A stretch of 64,000 bases of DNA from an uncultured Christensenellaceae bacterium. Its GTDB lineage: Bacteria; Bacillota; Clostridia; Christensenellales; CAG-314. The notes under the pieces are model-generated. The model ran no database searches. It saw nothing but the letters and a program-made list of their open reading frames with translations, and was not told the DNA's origin. Made by a program: the position numbers and the translations under genes. Shown here piece by piece: positions 29,790-39,151 of this stretch (position 1 is the first letter of the stretch; each line of letters starts with the position of its first letter). The stretch lies in the NCBI GenBank assembly GCA_910586625.1, contig CAJUIZ010000008.1, positions 2,618-66,617 on the forward strand. The letters are read 5' to 3'.

Positions 29790-30785
29790 TTATTCTCCAA
29801 AACACAACAAAACGAACATTACGCACACCGTGACGGCTACATACAACGCACAAATACGAGACTCGCTCCATTTCTTCTTTTGAAGATGATGGTGAAACGG
29901 CGCCATGAGAAAAATGCGCTTGCCCTTAGTGATTTTGAAATACAATACTTGCATTATTACGGATACGCAGGACACCACAAACATAAGCCCCAGCACAGGG
30001 ATAAACAAACTCATTCGAGTAAATATCGCGCTACAAGCCACCAGCGCGCCCAAGGCAAGCGAACCCGTATCCCCCATAAAGACCTTGGCATCGTTAATAT
30101 TGAACAACAAAAACGCTCCCAATGCGCCGCAACCGATGTAACACAGTGTAATAATATCCTGAGTTTGTCTGTATGCGTACGTATCGCCTATGCTTTCGAG
30201 AAGCGTCAGCTCCCTGCTCAGCAAAGCTATCATTCCCGCAAGAAAGCATATCGTAGTACAGCTTGCCAATCCGTCTATACCGTCTGTAAGATTGACTCCG
30301 TTAGTACAGGCAAGATATATAAATATTACTAACGGAATTATCCAAAAACCGATTTTGACTTGAATATCGGTAAACGGCACTCTCAACTTGTCGCCGATTG
30401 CGACGTCGCCGTACACGTATAACGCAACCAATACGGCTATTGCCAACTGTATGATTATCTTTTGGTAAGCGCGCAATCCCATATTGTGCTTATAACGAAT
30501 TTTTATAAAATCGTCTAAAAAGCCAACAATGCCGTACGCTACGAAAACCGCGACGGCAACAGCGGTAGGACGATTATTCCAATCGCAGAATATTGCCGAC
30601 GCAACAGTTATTGCCACAATAAAAGCTATTCCGCCCATAGTGGGTGTACCTTGCTTTTGCGAGTGTTCCGTAACGTACTGTAATATTTCCTGTCCCGCTT
30701 TGACCTTTTTTAGCAGCGGAAGCAACACTCCGCACAGTAACAAGCTCAAAGCGAACGCTACCAAAAAAGATAACGGCCTGTTCAT
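29790..30785 (-). CDS. mraY: Phospho-N-acetylmuramoyl-pentapeptide transferase
   Basis: GTPTMGG, NLTDGIDGL, GDTGSLALG and APFHHH motifs. Confidence 0.95.
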   Translation of the reverse strand: MNRPLSFLVAFALSLLLCGVLLPLLKKVKAGQEILQYVTEHSQKQGTPTMGGIAFIVAITVASAIFCDWNNRPTAVAVAVFVAYGIVGFLDDFIKIRYKHNMGLRAYQKIIIQLAIAVLVALYVYGDVAIGDKLRVPFTDIQVKIGFWIIPLVIFIYLACTNGVNLTDGIDGLASCTTICFLAGMIALLSRELTLLESIGDTYAYRQTQDIITLCYIGCGALGAFLLFNINDAKVFMGDTGSLALGALVACSAIFTRMSLFIPVLGLMFVVSCVSVIMQVLYFKITKGKRIFLMAPFHHHLQKKKWSESRICALYVAVTVCVMFVLLCFGE

Positions 30786-30814
30786 AATGCTCCTTTACAA
30801 TTTGTCCTTATGTA

Positions 30815-32242
30815 CTATTCGATACGCAACAGATTACGCACCACGTCTACGTCGGAATACGGGAATTTTTTACCGCGAATTTCTTGGTACTCTTCCGCGC
30901 CCTTACCTAAAATTGCAACGGTATCGCGTCCGGTCGCAATAGATAACGCATACTCCGTTGCCTGACTACGGTTTAATACTACTTTGTATTTGCAGCTCAG
31001 CCGCTCATATACATCGCGCGCTATGGCTCTCGGGTCTTCGTACCGCGGATTATCATTTGTAAGCACTGCGAAATCGGCGTATGCAGATACTGTTTCCGCT
31101 ATAAGCGGACGCTTGAACTTGTCACGATTACCGCCGCAACCGAAGACTACTATTAAATTGCCTTCCGCAGTTTTTTTCAAAAAGGAAAGTATATTTTTAA
31201 TGCCGTCGGGAGTATGAGCGAAATCCACCACTATACGCGCGCCGTCGCTGCGAATTATCGTTTCGTTTCTTCCGTTTACTCCCGATACGTCTTTCACTGC
31301 GGCGACGGCGGTATCGACATCGACGCCCAATAAAAGCGCGCAAGACAATGCCGCCAGCGTGTTATAAACATTAAACTCGCCCGCAAGCTTTGTTGTTACC
31401 AACGCTTCCTGACCGAACGCATTTAACGCATACGAGCATCCTTCCTTACCGACTTTTACGTTGCAAGCCATTATATCCGCGTTGGATTTGATAGAATACG
31501 TTACACGCGGCAAATCGGTCGCCAGATTTTTGCCTAATTCGTCGTCTGCGTTGGTAACTACGTTTCGAACAAACTTTCCCACGAAGAAGCTCGTTTTAGC
31601 ACGCGCGTATTCTTCCATAGTATGGAAGAAATCCAAGTGATCCTGCGAAAAATTAGTAAATATCGCCACGTCCGAACGCACCCCGTCCAGCTTGCGCAAT
31701 GCGATTGCGTGAGCGGATGCTTCCATTATTACAACATCTATTTTGTTCAAGTACATTTGTTTGAACCAGTAATGAAGCTCGATCGGATCCGGAGTAGTAA
31801 GTCCCACGGAATGTCTTTGTCCGTTAAAGAATATTCCGTTAGTGCCTATAACCGCCGTTTTGTAGCCTGCGCGAGATAATATACCGTCCAGTATATACGA
31901 AGTGGACGTTTTACCGTTAGTACCAACTATTGACACTATTTTAAGTTTATCTACGCAATTGTCGTAAAAATTCTTGGCCGCCACACTCATCGCGGAACGA
32001 ACGTCGCCGACGATAATTTGCAACGCCTGCGTATCCAACTTGCGGTCGCACACGATTGCTGCCGCACCGTCACCTATCGCTTTACGGAAAAAATTGTGCC
32101 CGTCATATTTATTACCTTTAAGACAAAAGAATAAACAATTTTGTTTTACGGTAGACGTATCGCACGATAATGCAGATATATCGGGATTACCGTTCCCCAC
32201 CGCTTCATATGCAATTCCGTTTAACAATTGTTGAAGATACAT
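30815..32242 (-). CDS. murE: UDP-N-acetylmuramoyl-L-alanyl-D-glutamate--2,6-diaminopimelate ligase
   Basis: Mur ligase P-loop (VGTNGKTST) and a DNPR motif (LTNDNPRYEDP), which indicates meso-DAP specificity. Confidence 0.9.
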   Translation of the reverse strand: MYLQQLLNGIAYEAVGNGNPDISALSCDTSTVKQNCLFFCLKGNKYDGHNFFRKAIGDGAAAIVCDRKLDTQALQIIVGDVRSAMSVAAKNFYDNCVDKLKIVSIVGTNGKTSTSYILDGILSRAGYKTAVIGTNGIFFNGQRHSVGLTTPDPIELHYWFKQMYLNKIDVVIMEASAHAIALRKLDGVRSDVAIFTNFSQDHLDFFHTMEEYARAKTSFFVGKFVRNVVTNADDELGKNLATDLPRVTYSIKSNADIMACNVKVGKEGCSYALNAFGQEALVTTKLAGEFNVYNTLAALSCALLLGVDVDTAVAAVKDVSGVNGRNETIIRSDGARIVVDFAHTPDGIKNILSFLKKTAEGNLIVVFGCGGNRDKFKRPLIAETVSAYADFAVLTNDNPRYEDPRAIARDVYERLSCKYKVVLNRSQATEYALSIATGRDTVAILGKGAEEYQEIRGKKFPYSDVDVVRNLLRIE

Positions 32243-32335
32243 TTCATTCTCCGCAAAAAAAATAATCTATACGACGGTATCGTATAGATTATTGTATTTT
32301 AATTATAATCCGTTTATGAGTGAAAAGGGGACAAA

Positions 32336-34072
32336 CTATGTTAGCGGAGCAATGTTTTTGTAATTTATAATTTCCTGAAAAACCAGTTTGGCGTAAGGCG
32401 CGGCGACTATAGATCCGTAGCTTTGCCCCTGCGGTTCGTCTACTATCATAAGCGTCAAATATTTCGGGCTGCTTGCGGGGAAGAATCCGATAAAAGACGA
32501 CACGTACTTGCCCGTAGCTAACGCTCCGTCCACAAACTTTTGTGCAGTTCCCGTTTTTCCGCCAACTTGATAACCTTCTATTTTGGCATTTTTACCGCCG
32601 CCTTCTTCCACTACACGTTGCAGCATCTTGGCAATCTGTGCGCTGGTTTCCGCACTTACAGCACGTTCGACAACGGTGGGAGAAAAGCGTTTGACGACTT
32701 TGCCCGTCGTAGGGTCGGATATTTCCTTAACCAAATACGGCTGCATACGCAATCCGCCGTTAACCGCCGCAGCCGTTGCTACGCAAAGCTGTAACGCCGT
32801 TACGGCAATTGTCTGTCCAAACCCTATACGCGCGAGATCGCCGTTTGTAACCGCGCTTTTCGGCACCAATATACCGGCTTGTTCACCGGCAAAATCTATG
32901 CCGGTTACGGAACCGTAGCCGAATTTGTTAAGATACTCGTACATAGTGTTCTTACCGAGCGACAGCGCAATATCGGTAAAAATCGGGTTACAGCTGTTAT
33001 TAAGCGCGTCGGACAGGTTTTGATTGGAGTGTTTTCCGTTAGTGTGTTTTGTCCAACAGCTTATTTTCGAGCCGTCGATTATTCGCGTTCCCGAAGAATT
33101 GCCGAATACGTGTTCGGCAGAGAATGCCTTGGAGTTGCCGTTGCGGAATTCTTCCAAACACGCCGAAGCTGTAAGCACCTTAAACGTCGACCCCGGCTCG
33201 TATACGTCGGTTAACAGCGTGTTTTTGGAGTACTTCATCAAATACTCCAAGTTATCTCTCGGGAGGTTGTTAAGGTCTACGCTGGGCTTAGATGCCATAG
33301 CGAGAATTTCTCCCGTTGTCACATCCATTACTATACAACGGGCGGCTTGCGGTTTTTGCTGATACATAGCCAATTCCAAAACATTTTCAACAACGGTTTG
33401 AATGACCGAGTCTACCGTGAGCGTTACGGTAAGTCCGTTAACGGACGGAATATAGGACATTGTTCCGTTTGTCAGTTCGCTGCCGACAAGGTCCGTTTCC
33501 GTAAGAAGCTTACCGTTTATTCCCTGCAAATATTTATCGTAATACGCTTCCAGTCCGGTTTGCCCCACACCGTCGGACGATGTGAATCCCAAAACCTGCG
33601 AAAGGAAATCGCCGTACACGTAGCTGCGCACGCCTTCCGACGCCAAATAAATACCGTCAAGGTTTGCGCTTCGTATTTCGCTTGCCTTGTCGCCGTCTAT
33701 TTGTCTTTTGACGGTTACTTCCGACACACCTTTTTTAGTTAGCTTTTCATACGTCGCCTGATAGTCCAACTCCAATACTTCGGACAATATTTTTGCTGCA
33801 TGTTCCGCGTCGGTTACGCTCTTGGGGCGCGCGTATACGCTGTATCCCGTTTCGGTAGTAGCAATCAAATTACCGTTCGCGTCCACTATATCTCCGCGAT
33901 ATGCTTTTATAGGCAAATCTCTTTGCCACTGTTCGGACGCTTTTACCTGCAAATCTTTGCCCCAAATTACTTGTATATACGCCAAACGGCAAAATATGAC
34001 TGCAAATAAAAAAATTGCCGCCACAATAAGCGTCAGCAATCTTTTTTTAGAAATATAATATTCTTGTTGCAA
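32336..34072 (-). CDS. Class B penicillin-binding protein (FtsI/PBP2B/SpoVD type)
   Basis: N-terminal TM, PBP dimerisation domain, and transpeptidase motifs STFK (GSTFKV) and KTGTA. Confidence 0.9.
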   Translation of the reverse strand: MQQEYYISKKRLLTLIVAAIFLFAVIFCRLAYIQVIWGKDLQVKASEQWQRDLPIKAYRGDIVDANGNLIATTETGYSVYARPKSVTDAEHAAKILSEVLELDYQATYEKLTKKGVSEVTVKRQIDGDKASEIRSANLDGIYLASEGVRSYVYGDFLSQVLGFTSSDGVGQTGLEAYYDKYLQGINGKLLTETDLVGSELTNGTMSYIPSVNGLTVTLTVDSVIQTVVENVLELAMYQQKPQAARCIVMDVTTGEILAMASKPSVDLNNLPRDNLEYLMKYSKNTLLTDVYEPGSTFKVLTASACLEEFRNGNSKAFSAEHVFGNSSGTRIIDGSKISCWTKHTNGKHSNQNLSDALNNSCNPIFTDIALSLGKNTMYEYLNKFGYGSVTGIDFAGEQAGILVPKSAVTNGDLARIGFGQTIAVTALQLCVATAAAVNGGLRMQPYLVKEISDPTTGKVVKRFSPTVVERAVSAETSAQIAKMLQRVVEEGGGKNAKIEGYQVGGKTGTAQKFVDGALATGKYVSSFIGFFPASSPKYLTLMIVDEPQGQSYGSIVAAPYAKLVFQEIINYKNIAPLT

Positions 34073-34073
34073 A

Positions 34074-34712
34074 TCAGCCCCCGAATACTCCGCTTAACCA
34101 ATCGCACAATGAATCAAACCAATTTGTTTGAACGTTGAAATTTTGTGCGGGTCTTGTTTCTATCTCGGTGTACGTTTGCGTATTGGATTTGGAAGCGTCT
34201 ATGTATCCCAGATTCGTTGCTTTTTCTACCAATAGCGCGTAATCTTCTGCATTAACTTGTTCGGTAAGCTCAGCCACTTTGGTCGCGACTTCGGTATATT
34301 CCGCATTAAGCGCGGATGCCGCGACAAAAGAACCGCTAACGGACACAGAGCAAAGAGTAACGCCTATTATAAGAGCTAATACTACTATCGCATAAGAAGC
34401 TATCATAACCTTCGTTTTCGTATCCAGCCTGCTCGCCGTTTTTGTCTGTTCGGAATAATTACGCGAGTAGCTCATATTGAGCGTTTGACTGGACGGCATA
34501 ACGTCCGCCGTAGCGACCGTAACGTCCGTTTCTTCTACGGGACTCAGTCGACCGAGTCTTTCCTGTATACTGGAAAGCGAAAATTCCTGCTGCGCTTCCG
34601 TATTGTTAAAATGGTTAGCGGAATAAGACGTTCTTACGTCAGAGTAAACGTCGCTGTTTTGCATTTCGGTTTGTTGATAGCTTGTATCGCGTGTCCATTG
34701 CATTATATTCAC
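34074..34712 (-). CDS. Bitopic membrane protein in the FtsL position of the dcw cluster
   Basis: 212 aa with a single TM (about residues 105-130) and a helical extracytoplasmic segment. Lies between rsmH and pbp. Assignment is positional only. Confidence 0.45.
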   Translation of the reverse strand: MNIMQWTRDTSYQQTEMQNSDVYSDVRTSYSANHFNNTEAQQEFSLSSIQERLGRLSPVEETDVTVATADVMPSSQTLNMSYSRNYSEQTKTASRLDTKTKVMIASYAIVVLALIIGVTLCSVSVSGSFVAASALNAEYTEVATKVAELTEQVNAEDYALLVEKATNLGYIDASKSNTQTYTEIETRPAQNFNVQTNWFDSLCDWLSGVFGG

Positions 34713-34717
34713 CGCCT

Positions 34718-35653
34718 TTATCCTTTATTACTTTTTTGAAACACTCTAAGCTTCGCGCTTAGCGAACGTGGGTTTTCCGCCGCTTCCTTGCTGTTTGGGA
34801 GTATCGGTTTTTTATTTACCAATTTACCCTTCGCCCTGTGATTGCATACGCAAACGGGGAGATTCGGCGGACATATACAGTCCGTTGCCAAATCGTTAAA
34901 GCATCTTTTAACAATTCGATCTTCCAACGAGTGGAAGGTTATTATCGCTATAATTCCGTCGCTCTTTAACCGATCCACGGCGCTGACTATAAATTCATTT
35001 AAGCCTTCCAGTTCGCCGTTAACTTCTATTCTTAACGCCTGAAACGTTCTTTTGGCGGGATGCCCGCCCTTTTTCGCCGAATACGGAATGGACTTATCTA
35101 TTATATCCACCAGCTGTCCGCACGTTTCCAACGGTTTTTTGCCGCGTTCGGCAACGATATTTCTTGCAATTTGCTTGGCAAACTTTTCTTCGCCGTAATC
35201 GCGCAATATCGCGTATAATCTGTATTCGTCGTAGGTATTGACTACTTCTTTTGCCGATAACGCTTGGCTTGCGTCCATTTTCATATCCAACGGCGCGTCA
35301 TAAGCCATATAGGAAAATCCGCGTTCGGGATTGTCTATCTGATACGAACTTACTCCAAGATCCGCCAGTATGCCGTCTACCTTGTCGATACCCAACTCAT
35401 CGAGCACCGCCGAAATATTCTTGAAATCGGAGTGTACGAATTTTACGTTGCTTTCGCCAAGACGTTTTTTGCACGTTTCAAGCGCTTCGATATCCTTATC
35501 TATATCTATCAGAAGACCGTCTGTCAGTCTTTCTAATATTTTTGCGGAGTGTCCGCCGCCGCCCGCAGTGCAATCCACGTATATACCGTCGCTTTTAACG
35601 TTTAGCGCGTCTATACACTCGTCCAACAAAACGGGTTTATGCGCAAAAATCAT
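34718..35653 (-). CDS. rsmH: 16S rRNA (cytosine1402-N4)-methyltransferase
   Basis: HKPVLLDE, DCTAGGGGHS and DLGVSSYQ motifs. Confidence 0.95.
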   Translation of the reverse strand: MIFAHKPVLLDECIDALNVKSDGIYVDCTAGGGGHSAKILERLTDGLLIDIDKDIEALETCKKRLGESNVKFVHSDFKNISAVLDELGIDKVDGILADLGVSSYQIDNPERGFSYMAYDAPLDMKMDASQALSAKEVVNTYDEYRLYAILRDYGEEKFAKQIARNIVAERGKKPLETCGQLVDIIDKSIPYSAKKGGHPAKRTFQALRIEVNGELEGLNEFIVSAVDRLKSDGIIAIITFHSLEDRIVKRCFNDLATDCICPPNLPVCVCNHRAKGKLVNKKPILPNSKEAAENPRSLSAKLRVFQKSNKG

Positions 35654-36096
35654 TTGTTCATCGCCTTATGCAAATTTCTGTACAGTTCATCAAACGCTTG
35701 CGGCGAATGATTCTGACTATTACGGCGTTCCAGATACCTTTCTTCGCTCCAAATCTCTACCTTGGATATAGCGCCCACAATACGCACGTCCTTTTTTATA
35801 CCGCATATTGCCAATAAATCCTGCGGAATCATAAATCTGCCTTGCGAATCCGCTTCTGCAGTCGCGGAAAATTCGGCTATACTCCTTATCCATTCGGCAC
35901 AGTCGGGATCGAACGAATCCATGTCCTGGATAGCGCGCAGTAGCTTTTGTTCTTCGTCAGCGGGATAAACGAAAATACAGCCGTTCATACCGGGCATCAA
36001 TATATAATTGCTGCCCAACGCTTCGCGGTGCTTGGCGGGAAGCCGTATTCTGTTTTTATCGTCCAACGTATGCTGTTGGTTGCCAACTAAAAACAT
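35650..36096 (-). CDS. mraZ: Transcriptional regulator MraZ
   Basis: 148 aa with two SpoVT/AbrB-like repeats carrying DxxxR motifs (DDKNRIRLP and DSQGRFMIP). Confidence 0.9.
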   Translation of the reverse strand: MFLVGNQQHTLDDKNRIRLPAKHREALGSNYILMPGMNGCIFVYPADEEQKLLRAIQDMDSFDPDCAEWIRSIAEFSATAEADSQGRFMIPQDLLAICGIKKDVRIVGAISKVEIWSEERYLERRNSQNHSPQAFDELYRNLHKAMNK

Positions 36097-36125
36097 TATG
36101 CTACTCCTTCTATAATCGTAGGTCT

Positions 36126-36171
36126 ATTCTAACACAGTTTTTAACCATTTTCAACCATTTTTAACCATTTT
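36126..36171 (-). promoter_or_regulatory. mraZ promoter overlapped by three 10-bp phased direct repeats (candidate MraZ operator)
   Basis: Minus strand reads TTGAAA (36149-36154), 17 nt, TAGAAT (36126-36131). The plus strand carries AACCATTTTN three times, with AACCA at 36143, 36153 and 36163, which reads as TGGTT at exact 10-bp spacing on the coding strand. Confidence 0.5.
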
Positions 36172-36354
36172 CTTAAAATTTTTATCAAATACAGTAATTT
36201 TTACAATTTACGGCAAAGAAACGCAAAAAATTATGAAATAATATCGCGTTTAATGTCATAATGATGCGAAATAACACTTGGATACCAAAGTGTGCCTTTA
36301 CTTGTCGAAATGAAGACGGTTCATAGCAAAACAAGCTCTAATAGTTATAATCAT

Positions 36355-36386
36355 ATAAAAAAACAGGTTGGCAAATACCGACCTGT
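36355..36386 (-). terminator. Terminator after the metallophosphoesterase gene
   Basis: Minus-strand stem aacaggt/acctgtt followed by tttttta. Confidence 0.65.
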
Positions 36387-36419
36387 TCCGTATATCTATT
36401 GATGCTGCCGCCAACGATA

Positions 36420-37115
36420 TTAAAGTATATGAGTCAGCTTATTTCCTACTAAATCGCAACTTGTAAGATAGAAATCTATTCCGAATTTCTTAAAATGTAA
36501 ATTGGCTCGACAATCTTTGCCGTGAAGATGACCGTATACTACCGTAGAGACGTCTGCTGCTACAAATTGTTTGGTAAAATCCGACTCGTCGTATCTGCCG
36601 TTAAAGGGCGGATAATGCATAATGGCAACTACTTTGTCGCTTGGTTGCCGTTGCTTTTGCATAGCGGCAAGAGACAGCTTAAGCCGCTCCGTTTCGCGCA
36701 GATATATCTTTTTGTCATCAGCGGACAAATTGTCGCCGTCCGGGCAGATCCAACCGCGCGTTCCGCATATAAGAACGTCGCCGAAACGTATACAATCGTT
36801 TTGCAGGGCGTAAAAGCCTTGTGGAATAGAGTTTCGCACCTGAGACAACGTATTCCACCAGTAATCGTGATTGCCGCGCAGTATCACCTTACGCCCCGGT
36901 AGCGTAGCCACAGCTTGAAAATCGGGCAAAGCGTCTTCCATTCGCATCGCCCACGAAAAGTCTCCCGGCAACAGCACCACGTCATCATCGTCCACTTTAT
37001 GCCGCCAATCGTCGCAAATAATATCGAAATAATTTTCCCACGCCTTGCCGAATACGTCCATAGGCTTGTCGCAAGCCGCAGACAAATGCAAATCGCTTAT
37101 AGCGTAAACTTTCAT
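36420..37115 (-). CDS. Calcineurin-like metallophosphoesterase
   Basis: Motifs ISDLH, GDFSW, GNHDYWW and GHLHG. Confidence 0.8.
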   Translation of the reverse strand: MKVYAISDLHLSAACDKPMDVFGKAWENYFDIICDDWRHKVDDDDVVLLPGDFSWAMRMEDALPDFQAVATLPGRKVILRGNHDYWWNTLSQVRNSIPQGFYALQNDCIRFGDVLICGTRGWICPDGDNLSADDKKIYLRETERLKLSLAAMQKQRQPSDKVVAIMHYPPFNGRYDESDFTKQFVAADVSTVVYGHLHGKDCRANLHFKKFGIDFYLTSCDLVGNKLTHIL

Positions 37116-37154
37116 ACGGTTATTGTATCATAAAGCAGGCGTTTTGTCCAGACG

Positions 37155-37373
37155 TTAACGGCTGTTTTTGCTGCGCTTAGCTCGGCACTGCGCACACATA
37201 ACATCGTCGTAGCCGATAGGATTTTTTTCACAGTACGGACAAATCAACTCGTCGTAGCTTTCATCGTCGAACACGCTCTTTTTCCCCGACAATTCGTCCT
37301 TGCATACCGTACAAAGCTCTTCTTCTTGTAAAATATAATTAAGTCCGCATCGCGGACATTTTTTGTATTTCAT
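37155..37373 (-). CDS. Small double zinc-ribbon protein
   Basis: 72 aa from the ATG at 37373 (SD ggag): MKYKKCPRCG...CTVC...CPYC...CAQC, giving four CxxC pairs. Confidence 0.55.
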   Translation of the reverse strand: MKYKKCPRCGLNYILQEEELCTVCKDELSGKKSVFDDESYDELICPYCEKNPIGYDDVMCAQCRAKRSKNSR

Positions 37374-37516
37374 ACGCGTACTCCAAAACCCATACTTCAA
37401 GTTATGAAATACCGCCGACAAGTGTTACTTATATAATAAAACTATCTTTACAACTTAATAGTATCGTAAAACAACTATACTAAATCAAATAAAACATTGT
37501 TAAGCCTTGTACGATG

Positions 37517-37556
37517 CAATTAAAACCAATTAGCTTCAATTAAGCTCAGTTAATTG
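37517..37556. repeat. Four 10-bp phased direct repeats (CAATTA/CAGTTA)
   Basis: CAATTAAAAC CAATTAGCTT CAATTAAGCT CAGTTAATTG, starting at 37517, 37527, 37537 and 37547. Located in the AT-rich intergenic region upstream of the zinc-ribbon gene. Confidence 0.6.
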
Positions 37557-37624
37557 CTTAAATATAAAATAGTAATAATACTTTAATACTTAAAAAAATA
37601 ATTATATTTACACGCTTTAATAAA

Positions 37625-38185
37625 TTATTCGCCGGCTTTATTTGTTTCCAAGAGATCGTTGAACATATATATTGCACATATCAAATCAGAATAATGTGAA
37701 AATTGATCGTTTAACGTTTCTATTTTGTTTTTACATTTCGAAAGGATAAATTGCGTCCGTTCATAATTAAGTCGAATGCATAATCCTTGCCTGCGAATGC
37801 GCAACGAACGCACTTCTCTCTCCGTAAGATAATGATCGTCGAAATACAGCCATGCAAATACTGTGCGGCTGCCTGAAAATTTGTGACAATGAACCGTCAA
37901 ACAAGCGGTATCCCAAGTCAAAGTTTTGCGTTTTCCTTTAATTTTATTCTCGGTAAATACAACGCAGTCCGCGGCATTGTTGTAATGCATCGAAACAATA
38001 ACGGGTACAATAACAAATAAAACGATTGCCCATATCGAAATACCTATCCGAATGTCGTCTCCTTCAAATAGCATAACTGTTCCCGTAAGGGCTATAAAAA
38101 ACGCGCAGATATACATCAACGCAAGACACACTTTTCCTTGGGGGATAGAATTATATTTTACCGATTTTTTATCCTTTGACGCCAT
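37625..38185 (-). CDS. Orphan membrane protein (two TMs plus a soluble C-terminal domain)
   Basis: 186 aa, hydrophobic hairpin at about residues 20-65. No family recognised. Confidence 0.5.
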   Translation of the reverse strand: MASKDKKSVKYNSIPQGKVCLALMYICAFFIALTGTVMLFEGDDIRIGISIWAIVLFVIVPVIVSMHYNNAADCVVFTENKIKGKRKTLTWDTACLTVHCHKFSGSRTVFAWLYFDDHYLTEREVRSLRIRRQGLCIRLNYERTQFILSKCKNKIETLNDQFSHYSDLICAIYMFNDLLETNKAGE

Positions 38186-38333
38186 AGTACTTCCACTCTT
38201 TCTCAGTCACAACACTTTACCGTTAAAACGTACGCCAATTCGGCACAATGCACAGAAACTAATTTATAGTTTAATATTATCACAATAATACAGCTATGTC
38301 AATGCGGACTTATAAGCAAAAATGATAAACAGT

Positions 38334-38364
38334 AACAAGTCGCGACAATCTGTCGCGACTTGTT
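38334..38364 (-). terminator. Strong hairpin downstream of the 213-aa gene
   Basis: Perfect stem aacaagtcgcgaca/tgtcgcgacttgtt with a 3-nt loop. Only a weak U-tract follows. Confidence 0.55.
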
Positions 38365-38383
38365 ATTTGTAGCAAATTCCGTT

Positions 38384-39025
38384 CTAATTGTTTGTGGGGT
38401 TGGTACGTCCGCCAGGATACAGCGGCAGCTCGAAGTAGCCCGAGCATACTTCTTCGGTATACTCTTGGCAGGGCGGAATTACCGCATAGCCGTAGCTGGG
38501 AACGATAAGCTCCACGTCCATCGTAACCTTGAGTATTGCGGTCACGCAGCAGTTGATAACGAAGATGTAGTACGTCACCCCGTCGATTTCCTGCGTTTGA
38601 CTGTACTGTCCTTCGGGGCTTACCGCAGAAACACTCGCTTCGATACGGTACGGAATTATGGACGGTTCGGGCAGATACATTACCACGTCCACAGGTACGG
38701 TTACCGTTCCCGTTCCGCTTCCTTCTACGTTGTTAGCGTCTATGTACGTTACTTCTACGGGCACCACTATGTCCGCTTCCACTCTACCGTATTTGGGACG
38801 TTCGGAAAGACGCTCCACCACCAAGTTTTCCACAGAACCTACCGTCGTAGTACTTTTACAACTTACGAATCTAAGCGGAACCGCTGGATTTGGGGGATTG
38901 ACATCCGACACGTTTACGGTGATTTGCTGCAAGGTCGTTTGCTTCATACACGCGTCAAACACTTTTTTGCCTTGAATACAAATTTTTTCGCTGCAATTGT
39001 TACCATCTAAATTGTTTACCGGCAT
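38384..39025 (-). CDS. Hypothetical beta-rich protein with Cys clusters at both termini
   Basis: 213 aa with SD aggagg. N-terminus NNCSEKICIQGKKVFDAC, internal INCC, C-terminus PPCQEYTEEVCSGYF. The sequence is rich in V/T/S. The mirror ORF on the plus strand is an artefact. Confidence 0.6.
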   Translation of the reverse strand: MPVNNLDGNNCSEKICIQGKKVFDACMKQTTLQQITVNVSDVNPPNPAVPLRFVSCKSTTTVGSVENLVVERLSERPKYGRVEADIVVPVEVTYIDANNVEGSGTGTVTVPVDVVMYLPEPSIIPYRIEASVSAVSPEGQYSQTQEIDGVTYYIFVINCCVTAILKVTMDVELIVPSYGYAVIPPCQEYTEEVCSGYFELPLYPGGRTNPTNN

Positions 39026-39151
39026 TGATTACCTCCTATAATAGTCAGTATATAGTATGAAGATGCTTGTTAAAACGTGAATACTAAATAACGATATAAA
39101 TTTGCAGCTTCACCTAAAGGTATTCTATTCGGCAATCGGCAATTGCGACAC

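Noticed and set aside
38360-39010. 216-aa plus-strand ORF mirroring the 213-aa minus-strand gene almost exactly.
   Set aside because: It is codon-aligned antisense to the minus-strand ORF. Its translation is R/H/Y/F-rich with no SD, while the minus-strand ORF has a strong SD (aggagg), a terminator and a protein-like composition.
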